This document shows positions 37,651 to 51,189 of a stretch of DNA of 64,000 bases, piece by piece (position 1 is the stretch's first letter; every line of letters starts with the position of its first letter). The stretch covers positions 17,484,001 through 17,548,000 of the forward strand of contig NC_043024.1 of the NCBI RefSeq assembly GCF_006345805.1. Reading direction: 5' to 3'. Source of the stretch: Octopus sinensis. Taxonomy: Eukaryota. Both the position numbers and the translations under genes were made by a program. The notes under the pieces were generated by a model. The model saw only the letters and a list, made by a program, of their open reading frames with translations, was not told the origin of the DNA and did no database searches.

Positions 37651-39206
37651 GTAGGATGGGCTTCTTTCAGTTTCTGTCAACCAAATCCACTCACAAGGCT
37701 TTGGTTGCCCTGAGGCTATAGTAGATGACACTTGCCCAAGGTGCCACATAGTGGGACTGAACCTGGAATCATGTGGATGGGAAGCAAGTTTCTTACCGCA
37801 CGGCCACACCTGCCACCATGTATATATTGTGTGTATGCTGTGCTTTGAATTTTTAGCACCAGTCCGTCAAACCAGTCTGGTTTCAAAGTTCTCGAGTCCA
37901 ACATTAAATACGTATAGTTCAAATTTACAGAACATAAAAGACGAAGACAGGTGTTGGAACATCAAGAAGATGTATTAGTTTAATGCTTAGGAAGAATGGA
38001 AAAATCTTCAACAGATTAAGAGAATAAAAAATGAAGAGAAAAAAAATACATACATACATGTAAGTATTAGGTGGGGGCATAGAATGGGCTTCTTTACAGT
38101 TTCCATTTATCAAAATCCGTTGGACAAGATATTGGTCAAACCAGGTCTATTGTCAAAGTCCCTCATGGTACCCCCTGGTGCCACTCAATCAATGGAACCA
38201 AGACCCATGGGGTGACAAAAAGGCACACACTTTCATTGTTTTGGACCTGAATTCATATTAGACCCACACTGACATTACCATTTCTTCTTTCCGTGCCAAG
38301 CGTGGTCCCAGGAAATTTTCGAAGAGGTGTGGGGTGGGGGGATGCAAGGTCAGAAGGGAATATAATTCCAAGAGAAAAGGGCATAATAACATTATTTAGA
38401 AGGGCATACTTCTTTTCTTGAGGGGGAGGGCACGTGCCCCTCAGCAGCCCTCCCTCCTCCGAGTGCTCAATGAAATTAAGTACCAGCTTACTACTGGGGT
38501 TAGTTATAATCCACTGTAATCCCCCAGATCATCTACCTGTATTAGAAATCAATGTATTCCACAAGATTCTTTTATTCCAAACCAAAAAAAAAAAGAGAAA
38601 AAATATTATAGACTTTTATCTATTTTAGAAAACATTATTGCTGCTGCTGCTGCTGCTATGATTCTCCATCTATTGTGTTCCAATCACACAAAAAGCCATT
38701 TAATGTTTACAAAAGATTTTCGGTTTTTTTTCTTTCCTGGAAATTATTTTCATAATCCATTTATATTAAGTTTTGTCATAATTTCTTTTAATTTTTATTT
38801 TTTAATCTCTTTATTATCATTTTTCCTGTTTAATCTCCCACTCTCTCTTTCTCTCTCTCTCTCATTCTTTTTTCTTTCTTTGTTTTCGACTTGGTCTTAA
38901 CAATACACTTTCTCTCTCTCTCTCATTCTAATTTTCACACACACACACACACACACATGCACATCGTCATCTCAAGGTTATGATTCCAACAAACATAATT
39001 TTCTACCTCGGTTGCTTAAAAGGTAGTTTTTTTTCCACCAGAAATCTTTCCCTCTTTCCCTCTCCCTCTATTTCTCTCTCCCTCTCCACCTCTCTCTCCC
39101 TTTTATCTTTTTTACTTACACATACCCACACAGACATAAATATGTCTGTGTAGAGTATGCATGTACAAGCATACATGTATGTTTGTATACATATATACAC
39201 ATGTGA

Positions 39207-39256
<50 letters not shown>

Positions 39257-39564
39257 GTGTATGTTTAATGTATGTATTTGTCCTAGGAGGGTTCAAAAGT
39301 CAGGATAAATAACTATGCTTTCAATATAAATAATAGAATTCCTGGTGCAATATGAATACAATATTAATATAATATAATATAATATAATATGATATAATGT
39401 AATCTAATATAATACAATATTCTTACAATATCATAAACCATGACCCATGTTCAGCCAAGCTGTGTTACTGAATGGTTTCATGGAAATCAAGTTACTCTTA
39501 GCAAAATTCTTGATTAAAAAATCCCGAGACATGCTTTACTGGAAGAATATATGCATATACACAC

Positions 39565-39630
<66 letters not shown>

Positions 39631-39656
39631 CACACACACATACATATATATATACA

Positions 39657-40715
39657 TAGCTTGGATAAAGTTTAGAGAGCTCTTACCTCTGCTGGTGACA
39701 AAGGGCCTCTCGCTCAGAGTAAAAGGTAGACTGTACAATGCATGTGTACGAACAGCCATGCTACCTGGCAATGGAACATGGGCTGTGACTGCTGAAGACA
39801 TGCGTAAGCTCACAAGGAATGAATTCAGTATGCTCCGCTGCATGTGTAATGCCAGTGTGCATACTCGACAGAGTGTTAGTGCCTTGAGAGAAAATTTAGA
39901 CCTAAGAAGCATTAGATGTGGTGTGCAAGAGAGACGACTGCTCTGGTATGGCCATGTGGCAAGAATGGATATGGATAGTTGTGTGAAAAAGTACCACATC
40001 CTAGCAGTTGAGGGAACCTGTGGAAGAGGTAGACCCAGGAAAACCTGGGATGAGGTGGTGAAGCATGACCTTCGAACATTGGGCCTCACCGAGGCAATGA
40101 CTAGTGACTGGGACCTTTGGAAATATGCTGTGCTTGAGAAAACTCGGCAAGCTTAAGTGAGACCATGACCTTGTGGTCTATACCAGGGGTGTAACCAGTC
40201 CACTTATGCGTACCTTTCCTTCATTGGACACTAAACTCTGCTTGCGAAAACCTGTTGAGGCAAGTGAAATCGAAATCGAAATCAAATTTTATGACTGGCA
40301 TCCATGTTAGTGGGGCGCTAAGAGCACCAACCGAGCGTGATCGATGCCAGGGTAAACCATTCGAGCATGATCATTACTTGCATCACCTTACTGGCACTTG
40401 TGCTGGTGGCACGTGAAAAAACATTTGAGCAAGGTCGTTGCCAGTGCTGCTGGACTGGCTCCTGTGCAGGTGGCACATAAAAAGCACCATTTGAGCATGG
40501 TCGTTGCCAGTATCACCTGACTGGCACTCATGCTGGTGGCATGTAAAAGCACCCACTACACCCTCGGAGTGGTTGGCATTAGGAAGGGCATCCAGCTGTA
40601 GAAATTCTGCTAGATCAGATTGGAGCCTGGTGCAGCCATCTGGTTCGCTAGACCTCAGTCAAATCGTCCAACCCATGCTAGCATGGAAAGCACACATTAA
40701 ACGAGGATGATGATG
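39657..40715 (+). mobile_element. 5'-truncated RTE-clade LINE (ORF C-terminus + 3' UTR)
   Basis: 39657-40156 is an open frame: WIKFRELLPLL..GRLYNACVRTAML..RRLLWYGHVARMD..VEGTCGRGRPRKTWDEVVKHDL. The 3' UTR has about 65-bp subrepeats and a (GAT)n end. Confidence 0.92.
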
Positions 40716-40892
40716 TACACACATGCTGACAAATGACCAACGTTGAACCCCTTATTCACATAATCACTGCACCTGGATCTTAACTATGGTCTATCTATAA
40801 CACTTATTCAGTATTACCTGACACCTTTGGGTCTCAGTGACACCATTGCCTCTCATAAACTCTCTCTCTCTATATATATATATATATGTATA

Positions 40893-41150
40893 CTGGGCCT
40901 CTTAGAGGCAAAGTGGCTAAGCTCCTGGGTCACATGGAGGCAAAATGGCTGAGTTCATTTCGTGTTGTGGGCCTCATGGAGGCAAAGTGGGCAAGCTGCT
41001 TTTGAGTGTTGGGCCTCACAGAGGCAATGACCAAGACTTTTGGCATTATGTCATGCTTGAGAAAAAGACCCATCAAGCCACGCAAAATCACAGTCATGGC
41101 AGGTACCGGTGGCACATAAAAGCACCCATTACACTCTTGGAGTGGTTGGC
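40893..41150 (+). mobile_element. RTE-related 3' fragment with about 40-45-bp tandem units
   Basis: Four gggcctc..gaggcaa units resemble 40081-40097. They are followed by sequence similar to the RTE ORF end and D tail. Confidence 0.55.
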
Positions 41151-43582
41151 ATGTGTGTTATGTTTCTTGGTCTCTATCACTGCAACTATTTTTAATATTC
41201 AATTTGCTAAGCTTGCACAGTTGATCAGGTGTTAATCAGAATTTTATTCTTTTACTTGTGAGTTGTAACATCTCAAGATCATTTTTTACCATTTTGTTTC
41301 TATCTTCAACATGTTCCATTCGCTTTACAAATGCACATTACTTCTTTACACAACTGTCACCCTTCATACTCTTCATATGCCTGTAGCAAGTAATGTCTCT
41401 ATCTCAAGTCAAAAGACACTCTCTCTATTTCTATTGTGTATCTGTTCTTATTTTTTGTGCCAACCTTTTGTCTCTGTTCTGTTGTTTTCTCTTGTAATAT
41501 TTTTCCTCATCATTCTGTATGGGTTGTAGTCATAAAACCTTTCTACATTTTGCTTTTGTGCAAACCCGGATGTTTTCCAGAAGAATGATACCAACTTTCT
41601 GTGAGAACTGAAATTGTAATGACTCTGGGTAACTTTGGCTAACTCTGGAGATGAGATTTTCAGTTCTATTTTATGATCATTTTATTCATTGTTACACTGG
41701 TCCTTCACATAATTTTGGTTTCATGCACACACACACACACACACACTAATTATATCTCATTGCATGGCACCTTGGGCAGGTGTCTTCAATTATAGCCCCA
41801 GGCTGACCAAAGCCTTGAGTATGGAATTTGTGGATGGAAACTTCCATTGTATATATGTATATGTTTGTATGTTTATGCCTTGTATGTATGTGAGTGTTTG
41901 TATGTTTATGTCTTAGCATCACATGTAAGCAAACATCACCAATGTTCAAGCAGTGTCATTCATTTCCAATCTTCCATGAAAACAGGGGTAAATATTACCT
42001 TATTTGGAAACAGGTGAGGAAGTTATAACTGGAAGTTATAGAAAATCTGCCTCAATAAATTCCATCTGGCACATGCAAAACAGAAAAGTTGATGTTAAAA
42101 TTACATGTGTGTGTGTGTATGTGTGTGTCCATGCATGCATGTGTGTGTGTGTGTAATCCCATTAAGATGTTTCTGGTTTCTTCACATATAGAAACACCGA
42201 CCTTAAATTATTGATTTCAAATTTTGGCACAAGGCCGGCATCTTCGTGGGAGGGGATAAGTCAATTTCATTGACCTCAATATTCAACTGGTACTTATTCT
42301 ATCAACCCTGAAAGGATGAAAGGCAAAGTCGACCTTGGTAGAATTTGAACCCAGAACACAAAGACAGATGAAATACCATTAAGCATTATACCCAGCGTGC
42401 TAACAACTCTGCCAGCTCAATCCCTAATTAACCCTAGTTTATTATAATTCATTACAATTCTTTTTTATTCTTTTATTTGTTTCAGTCATTTGACTGCGGC
42501 CATGCTGGATCACCACCTTTAGTCGAAACGAATCGACCCCAGGACTTATTCTTTCTAAGCCTTTCTATTGGTCTCTTTTGACCCAACTGGTAAACACACC
42601 AGCATCGGTTGTGAAGCAATGTTGGGGGACAAACACAGACACACAAATATATGTATATCCATATATATGATGGGCTTCTTTCAGTTTCCGTCTACCAAAT
42701 CCACTCACAAGGCTTTTGTCGACCTGAGGCTATAGTAGAAGACATTTGCCCAAGGTGCCACACAGTGGAACTGCACCCATAACCATGTAGTTGGTAAGCA
42801 AGCTACTTACCACACAGCCGCTCCTGAACCTATCTAATATTTATTATTTTCTAAAAATAGCAGCCAAATATCCCTGAAACAATGCTGTACAGTCTAAAAT
42901 CAAAGAAATATCTATAGCAGACATATTGGCAAATGTCGTAGTGGAAGGGTGGAGTAGAATTACTGGTTGTTGTTTAGTTCAAAGACAACATGATCCTGCA
43001 GATCTATGTTCAAAGGTGTTTCAGCCATGACCATCCCATCTTATCTCTTTGTAAATCCAAGACTTCATTCTTTATTGTGTCCTTTCTCTTTTAAAATGTT
43101 AGGCAAGGATGTGACATCTATTTCTAGTTGTTTGAGCAATTCCACAGAGGCAACCCATGTCGGCTGATGTCATCCAGGGTATATTGTACTTGGAAAACAA
43201 TTTTGCTTGATCGTCATATCTGGCAAGCCCTTTACCAAAGCTCTACTCCACTGAGGTCACCTGGGAATTAAACAACAGCAACAACAACAATTATTGTTCT
43301 TTCTTTTATTGTATACTTGACATATATACGTGTGTGTGTGTTTGAATTTTATTCTTCTGCCTTCTGTGAATTCTCAGTCTGAAACTTGCCTGCTGCATAC
43401 ACACCTTGTTTCTTATGACAGAATACTCAGTGTATGGAGATACTAACCCATAACCTGGGATGTCCCAGAAACAGGTGTAAGACATTAATTACTTGCACTT
43501 TTACTTTTTTAATTCACCTTATTCTAATTACCTAAGATACTCATCCTGTCATGGCTTCGTTTTCCTTTAATATATATATATA

Positions 43583-43628
<46 letters not shown>

Positions 43629-43650
43629 CGCAGCTCTGAGCTGAAACTAG

Positions 43651-43685
<35 letters not shown>

Positions 43686-44197
43686 TCTCTTTACTCTTTT
43701 TTACTTGTTTCAGTCATTTGACTGCGGCCATGCTGGGGCATCGCCTTTAATCGAACAACTCAACCCCGGGACTTATTCTTTGTAAGCCCAGTACTTATTT
43801 TATCGGTCTCTTTTGCCGAACCGCTAGGTGACGGCGACGTAAACACACCAGCATCGGTTGTCAAGCAATGCTAGGGGGGACAAACACAGACACACAAACA
43901 CACACACACATACATATATATATATACATATATACGACAGGCTTCTTTCAGTTTCCGTCTACCAAATCCACTCACAAGTCTTTGGTCGGCCCGAGGCTAT
44001 AGTAGAAGACACTTGCCCAAGATGTCATGCAGTGGGACTGAACCCGGAACCATGTGGTTGGTAAGCAAGCTACTTACCACACAGCCACTCCTGTGCCTAT
44101 ATATATATATAAATCAGGATAAGGTCGCTATTTAAGTACCAATCTTATCAGGTGGCCAGCATGGGAATAAAAACCTTCAAAGGTAATAATTATTTAA

Positions 44198-44435
44198 AAT
44201 TATAATTTAGGGTATCTAAAAGATACCACCATGCTGGAAATAGCAGTCAAAACTTGACTCTAAGAGACAAGATAACCTGGGACGTGGAATTATCCAGTAA
44301 TTTTTTTGCTAGTTTTATTTTGTCTCTTTGTCTTCTCACCTGGTGCTGTATGAATATTTAATGTGGCTTTAGAGAAAAGGTTTTGACTGCTATTTCCAGC
44401 GTGGTGATATCTCTTAGATACCCTAAATTATAATT
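44198..44435. repeat. 56-bp inverted repeat enclosing 126 bp
   Basis: 44198-44253 versus the reverse complement of 44380-44435 shows 3 mismatches. The arms begin ataatttaggg, like the segment at 32480. Confidence 0.9.
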
Positions 44436-44559
44436 CACATATATATATATATATATTGTCATTTTATTACATATAAACCCCCACACTCTAGATCACTCTT
44501 TGTATTGTCCTCATCATTCACCTCGATGGCAAATAAAAGAAAACACTCTTCTTCTTCGT

Positions 44560-45139
44560 ATTGTTATTATTATTATTATTATTGAGTGAGAGAGGAGTGC
44601 ATGCCATTAAAATAACACTGAGGTACAAATATACAAAGCCTAGTATACCCATCATGATTAACCATCTGATAAGGGTACACCAGGCACATGCATCACAACC
44701 ATAGGTGTGAGACATGGCGATCTCATACCAAGATAAATAACGGACGACCTTGCAGGTGGGGGCTCAGTTGGATTTTACGTCAGCTGAAGTAGCCCATCCC
44801 ACTGCGAAAGATCCCTGAATATGGGTTGTTTAAGGATGTTGAACGAAACACCCATGTTTCCAGAGGTGAATTATTCAAACCCCAAAGAATTCCTCTCAAC
44901 ACATGGCTATGATGCTCCCCGACTACTTCTGCTCTTGATCAGAGATGCACATATCGTCAGCCACTAAGGGACATGCTCAACTGGTTAAGGTCAAACAACT
45001 GACAAGCAAATCTGTGGTATTGAGCAGAATATTTGCTGTAGCCCATCTTTTATACCAAGACAAAAGAATGTACAGGATGACATTTCCAATCAGTTAACAT
45101 CAGAACCAAGAGAGCCACTGCCTGGTACTGCATCAGGGC
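44560..45139 (-). mobile_element. Family F SINE-like element, full length, (AAT)n tail
   Basis: Collinear reverse complement of 55183-55762. Confidence 0.85.
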
Positions 45140-45278
45140 TGTTCATTATTATTTGAAATTTGTAAAATATACATTTGTTTTCAAAAAATTCTTCCTCTCC
45201 AAAATAGCCTGACTAGAATTATCTCCCTTTAATTCTTATCTTGATGATACAATGAGCAGAGAAATAGTGTGTGTGTGT

Positions 45279-45315
<37 letters not shown>

Positions 45316-46709
45316 TAGACGGATATTTATGTACAGCAGTTTGTGTGTGTGTAATTAATTTGTTAGTGTGCTCACACATTGTAAAATATATGAATGAACC
45401 GGTGTACGCGTATGTGTGTATACATATAAATGTGTGTGTCTATGATTGTATATTTTCTCTCTTCCTCTCATGCACACATCGATCTTCTCCCCCGTACCTC
45501 CACCGGCCCCGTCTGTACGTGTGTGTGTCTGTGTGTGCGCGTACCTGTCTGTGTGCGTGCGTATATACCACTGCGCATATATACGCAAAACAACTATACG
45601 TCTCAGCCTTTGATGATATCAACCACAAAAGTCAGAAAACGTGAAGTTGTGGCATCTATGACTTTCTTCTTCCATTGTTTGTATTAAATGTGAGTCAAGG
45701 CCATAATGACCATCAAACCGTGACATCTTTGTCGAAAACGTGTTGGAAGTCGACCGAGAAAGGTTATGGAAGGGAGGCAACTCTTGTATTACTCTTTTGC
45801 TGCAGAACTTTGACTGCTTCGTCACAGCTTAGAATTGTGTGTGTGTGTGTGTGTGTGTGTGTTGGTGTCTTAGCGTGTTTGAATTGTGTCTATTGCGTCT
45901 ATTGGTGTGTGTGCTTCTATGCGTGCTTGTAAATGTGAATTGTGTGTGTGTGTATGTACTTGTATTAGAGTGTGTGTGTATATTGATGTGTGAGTGTTTG
46001 TGTGTTTGCATGTGTACTGTATCTGAGTGTCTGTATGTGTAAGTATGTGTATGTGTGTTTGCGTGTGTTCTTTGTCTTTGGTTTGAGAGTGATGTTTGCT
46101 GCTTGCATGAGTGTGTGTGTGTGTGTGTGGTGTGTGTGTGTGTGTGTGTGTTTCGTCTTTGAAGAGGTCACAGAGTTGTAAAGAAACTACATTAACAGAG
46201 AAACGAAAAATGATAATAATAAAACTAATGAGAAGATCCGATAAATAGTGTTTAACTGGCAAAAGATGACCATCCCCGAGTATAACAGTATGTGTGTGTG
46301 TATATATATATATATATAGATAGATATAGGCATAGGAGTGGCTGTATGGTAACTAGCTTGCTTACGAACCACATGGTTCCAGGTTCAGTCCTACTGAATG
46401 GAACCTTGGGTAAGTGTCTTTTACTATAGCCTTGGGCTGACCAAAGCCTTGTGAGTGGATGTGGTAAACGGAAACATATATGTATATATATATATGTATG
46501 TATGTATATGTTATGTGTCACATGACAACCGTTGCTGATGTGTTTATGTCCCCGTAACTTAGCAGTTCAGCAAAAGAGACTGATAGAATAAGTACTAGGC
46601 TTACAAAGAATAAGTCCTGGGGTCAATGTGCTCGGCTAACGGCAGTGCTCCAACATGGCCACAGACTGAAACAAGTAAAAAAGAGTATACCACATAGCTG
46701 AAACGAATA

Positions 46710-46746
<37 letters not shown>

Positions 46747-47017
46747 TCATCATCATCATCATCGTCATTTAGCATTGTCTTTCATGCTGGCATGGATTGG
46801 ACGGTTTGACCTTAGTTTCTATGTCTGGATGCTCTTCCTGATGCCAACCCTTTTACAGGGTTTGTGTTCATTGCCTTTAATGTGGCACCAGAATGGAAAC
46901 ATTTTATGAAAAGACAGCACAGATGCTTTCACATGGCTCCAGCACACACACACACACACACACGCATACACATAGAAACGGATGCTTGGTGTTCATTTAG
47001 ATAATAATATATATGTG

Positions 47018-47107
<90 letters not shown>

Positions 47108-47134
47108 AATATATATATATATATATATATATAT

Positions 47135-47910
47135 GCATATATGAATACAGAACATCACCAACTGTGTAAACAACATGAAGTATGAAAACAAATGAGGTAA
47201 ATACAGAAACATTGAGAGAAAAAATGGAAAACAGGAGAAATAAACAGAGTGGAGCACCCTTTATCAGTTGTCGACTGTCTATTTACTCTTCATTTCGAGC
47301 ATTCAGGCTCAAAGCATTAAAGACTTTTTCACTTCCCGAGCGTTATACTAATACATCTGTTTGTTGTCTGCACCACCTGTCTTCATCTTTTTTTTTTTTG
47401 TTTTTGTGAATTATATATATGAAATAATGTCTGTATTTATATTTTTAAAGTTGTGTTTATATGTTTGCAGTTAATATAGTGTATATGCACACATATTTGA
47501 AACTGTGTACATATATGTAAATATTAACTGCCTTTATGTATGTAGACACAAAATTTTGTGTATGTCAATGTATCAACATACGTCTGTGTGTGTGTGTTCA
47601 AAATGTGTTGTTTCTAATTTATACATTTCATGTAGACATTAGTTGACCCATGCCAGCATGGAACATCACGATTAAATGATGATGATGAGGAGGAGGAGGA
47701 GGATTAATCATAGCCCCCACCCCACCCTCAATTAATAACTGATTAATTATTAGAGCACTGTTAATGAATAAATGTCTCGAGAAAGTGAATTAAAATGTGT
47801 CTTGTGAACGTCACACACATATACACATATACAAATATGCATATCTTTTTGTTTGTATATATACATATATATATGTGTGTGTGTTTGTATAGGTGTATAC
47901 ATACACTGAT

Positions 47911-47943
<33 letters not shown>

Positions 47944-48714
47944 GCATATATGAATACAGAACATCACCAACTGTGTAAACAACATGAAGTATGAAAACAA
48001 ATGAGGTAAATACAGAAACATTGAGAGAAAAAATGGAAAACAGGAGAAATAAACAGAGTGGAGCACCCTTTATCAGTTGTCGACTGTCTATTTACTCTTC
48101 ATTTCGAGCATTCAGGCTCAAAGCATTAAAGACTTTTTCACTTCCCGAGCGTTATACTAATACATCTGTTTGTTGTCTGCACCACCTGTCTTCATCTTTT
48201 TTTTTTTTGTTTTTGTGAATTATATATATGAAATAATGTCTGTATTTATATTTTTAAAGTTGTGTTTATATGTTTGCAGTTAATATAGTGTATATGCACA
48301 CATATTTGAAACTGTGTACATATATGTAAATATTAACTGCCTTTATGTATGTAGACACAAAATTTTGTGTATGTCAATGTATCAACATACGTCTGTGTGT
48401 GTGTGTTCAAAATGTGTTGTTTCTAATTTATACATTTCATGTAGACATTAGTTGACCCATGCCAGCATGGAACATCACGATTAAATGATGATGATGAGGA
48501 GGAGGAGGAGGATTAATCATAGCCCCCACCCCACCCTCAATTAATAACTGATTAATTATTAGAGCACTGTTAATGAATAAATGTCTCGAGAAAGTGAATT
48601 AAAATGTGTCTTGTGAACGTCACACACATATACACATATACAAATATGCATATCTTTTTGTTTGTATATATACATATATATATGTGTGTGTGTTTGTATA
48701 GGTGTATACATACA

Positions 48715-48719
<5 letters not shown>
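47135..48719. repeat. Tandem duplication, period 809 bp
   Basis: 47135-47910 matches 47944-48719 with no difference seen by eye. Bounded by (TA)n; each unit includes a degenerate family H copy. Confidence 0.95.
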
Positions 48720-48771
<52 letters not shown>

Positions 48772-49334
48772 TTGTATGTGTGCATGCATATTTGTATGTA
48801 TGCCTCATACTGTGTCTGTATGTGGCTATTCATGTACACCTGTAATTCATATATATACATATATATACATATTCATATATATACATATATGCATGTACAT
48901 GCAAGCATATACACATGCATACACAATTACATGCACATACATACACTAAGCCATTAAAGTTTGTTTTTAATTAATTTTGAAACTAATAAAGAATCCGGAG
49001 AAATTTGATAAAACAACTTTCTTGTTTTTTGTTTCCATAATCGTTCCAGTGCCTTCGACACCACAGAAAGTTCTGATATAAAACGATAGTAGAAAGACTT
49101 AATTGAAAAAGTGGATTTTTGAAATGGAAGAGTTGTGTGTGATAGAACAGTTGTGACACCATGGGGTGAAGCTGATATAAAAACAGGTTTTAAAAGTTGT
49201 TTGGAAATAACAAACCATTTAGTAAAGGAACTTCATTATTATTAAACTAGGCTTTGGGACATAAATTAATATGAGGAGGAGGAGGTGGTGGTGGTAGGGG
49301 GAGTTTTAATAGATAGTTTGTATGTGTATATATA

Positions 49335-49789
49335 CAGGTCGTCGTCGACTTACAACCTACCTGACTTATGACTGATCGACTTTACGACGATTGATGTGTC
49401 AGCTCTCGGCACCAGTAATAAATAGTCCAGTTGAAATCTAATGGGTTTAATTTCTTAGAAATTAATCTGTCTACAGATGATTTCAGCTAACAGATGCTTC
49501 CCCTGAGTTTGGTTATTGATTGTGATTGCCATTCTGTTGGACCACTCTTCTGTCGCAGAGACATCGAAGCAAATTCGTATTTGTTTATGACGTCTCCTTG
49601 AGACTCTCCAACATTTTTGATTAACACCTGTATATTAGTATAACACAGAATGTCGTGTGTGACTTTTACCTGAGTATGTACTTTAAGAATGTAAAAATAT
49701 AAAACAAAGCCATGTAGACCAGGTTACGACCAAATCAGATTATGACCAGTCAGTCGGAAACAATTGTGGTCTAAGGCGACAATGACCTG
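49335..49789. mobile_element. Tigger/pogo-type MITE (455 bp)
   Basis: TA TSDs. Left TIR caggtcgtcgtcgacttac; right TIR reverse complement caggtcattgtcgccttag. Confidence 0.75.
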
Positions 49790-49897
49790 TAATAATAGAG
49801 TAATCCTTTCTGTTATAAGCACAGGGCCTGAAATTTTAAGGGAGGACACTAGTCAAATACATCAGTCCCAGTACATGACTGGTACTTATTTTATTAA

Positions 49898-50432
49898 CCC
49901 TTTTGATACCAACCTGGCTTTGTTATATTTAAAATAAATTAATTAAAGAAGCACAATACAAATATAGTAACAAAAGGGTTAAAAGATATAACAGAGAAAC
50001 AATTCTTAACTCTTTTGATAACAACCCAGCAGAAACTGCCTCTGGCTCTTTAGTACAAATGTCTTGGTTTCAAAAGTTCTGAATTAAAATCTTCCATCAA
50101 ACCTTAGTCAGAATTTATGTTCCTAGCACTAGCTTAACAATAACTAAGTTATTTTACTAAATTCTTTGTTATATTTAAAATTAATTGAAAGAAACACAGA
50201 GCATCTCAACAGAAATATGGTAACAAAAGGGTTAAAAGATAAAACAGAGAAACAATTCTTAACCCTTTTGATAACAACCCAGCAGAAACTGCCTCTGGCT
50301 CTGTAGTTATAAATGTCTTGTTTTCATAAGTTTTGAATTAAAATCTTCCACCAAACCTTAGTCACAATTTAAGTTCCTAACACTAGCTTAACAATAACTA
50401 AGTTATTTTACTAAATTCTTTGTTATATTTAA
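49898..50432. mobile_element. piggyBac-type MITE array (3 copies)
   Basis: TTAA-flanked units 49898-49978 (internally deleted), 50010-50231, and 50263-50432 (truncated). TIR CCCTTTTG(A/T)TACC. Inserted within a family B SINE. Confidence 0.8.
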
Positions 50433-50724
50433 GACAGAAATACAGTAATGAAAGGCAAAGTTCACCTCAACTTAATTTGAACTCAGAACATAAAAACTGA
50501 CAAAATACTGCTAACCATTATGCCCAGCTTGTGAACAATTCTGCCAATAAATTATCATAATGCATTCCATTTGACATTACTCCAGTCTCCTCAGCTGAAA
50601 GTCTGAGTCAAAAATAGATGGGGCAGATGGGGGTGGGGTGGTTATTTTTCTACAGACCAGTGACCAATTCAGGTGGTGGTAGCAAGTGGGGGAGGGTGTC
50701 ATTGTTCTGCCTATCTTCCATGCA

Positions 50725-51184
50725 GAGGCAAATGACTACTGTCTGATAAGGGTACACCAGGCTCATGCATCACAACCACATGTGCGTGACAGGATGATCT
50801 TATATCAAGATAAACAGTGCATGACCTTGCAGGTGGAGCTCAGAATTTTCTTCAGTTTTGTTAGCCCATCCCACTCAAAAGGTCCCTGAATAAGGTTTGT
50901 TTAACACTTTCCTCAGAATCCTTGCTGTTCCTAACCAGTCTCTTTTCTGCAACTGCCCCGTTCTGATGGTAATCCCTCGTTTCTCAAGCCATGCATCCAA
51001 CCTTTTGCTAACTACTCCCAGTGTGCCAACCACAATTGGAACCCCTTTTGCATGCCTAATTCTCTATAGTTTCCTTATTTCTCACTTCAGCTCCTCATAT
51101 TTCTCCTCTTTTTCACTTTCTCTCTCATTCACTCTCCGGTCCCATGGTGAAACATAGCCACAATAATTGCTTTGTTGTTCTTCT
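50725..51184 (-). mobile_element. R4/Dong ORF end (50900-51184) fused to family F 3' half (50725-50900)
   Basis: Minus strand reads WDRRVNERESEKEEKYEELK..VPIVVGTLGVVSK..LGTARILRKVL, then runs directly into aaaccttattcagggacc (family F). Confidence 0.78.
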
Positions 51185-51189
51185 AATGG

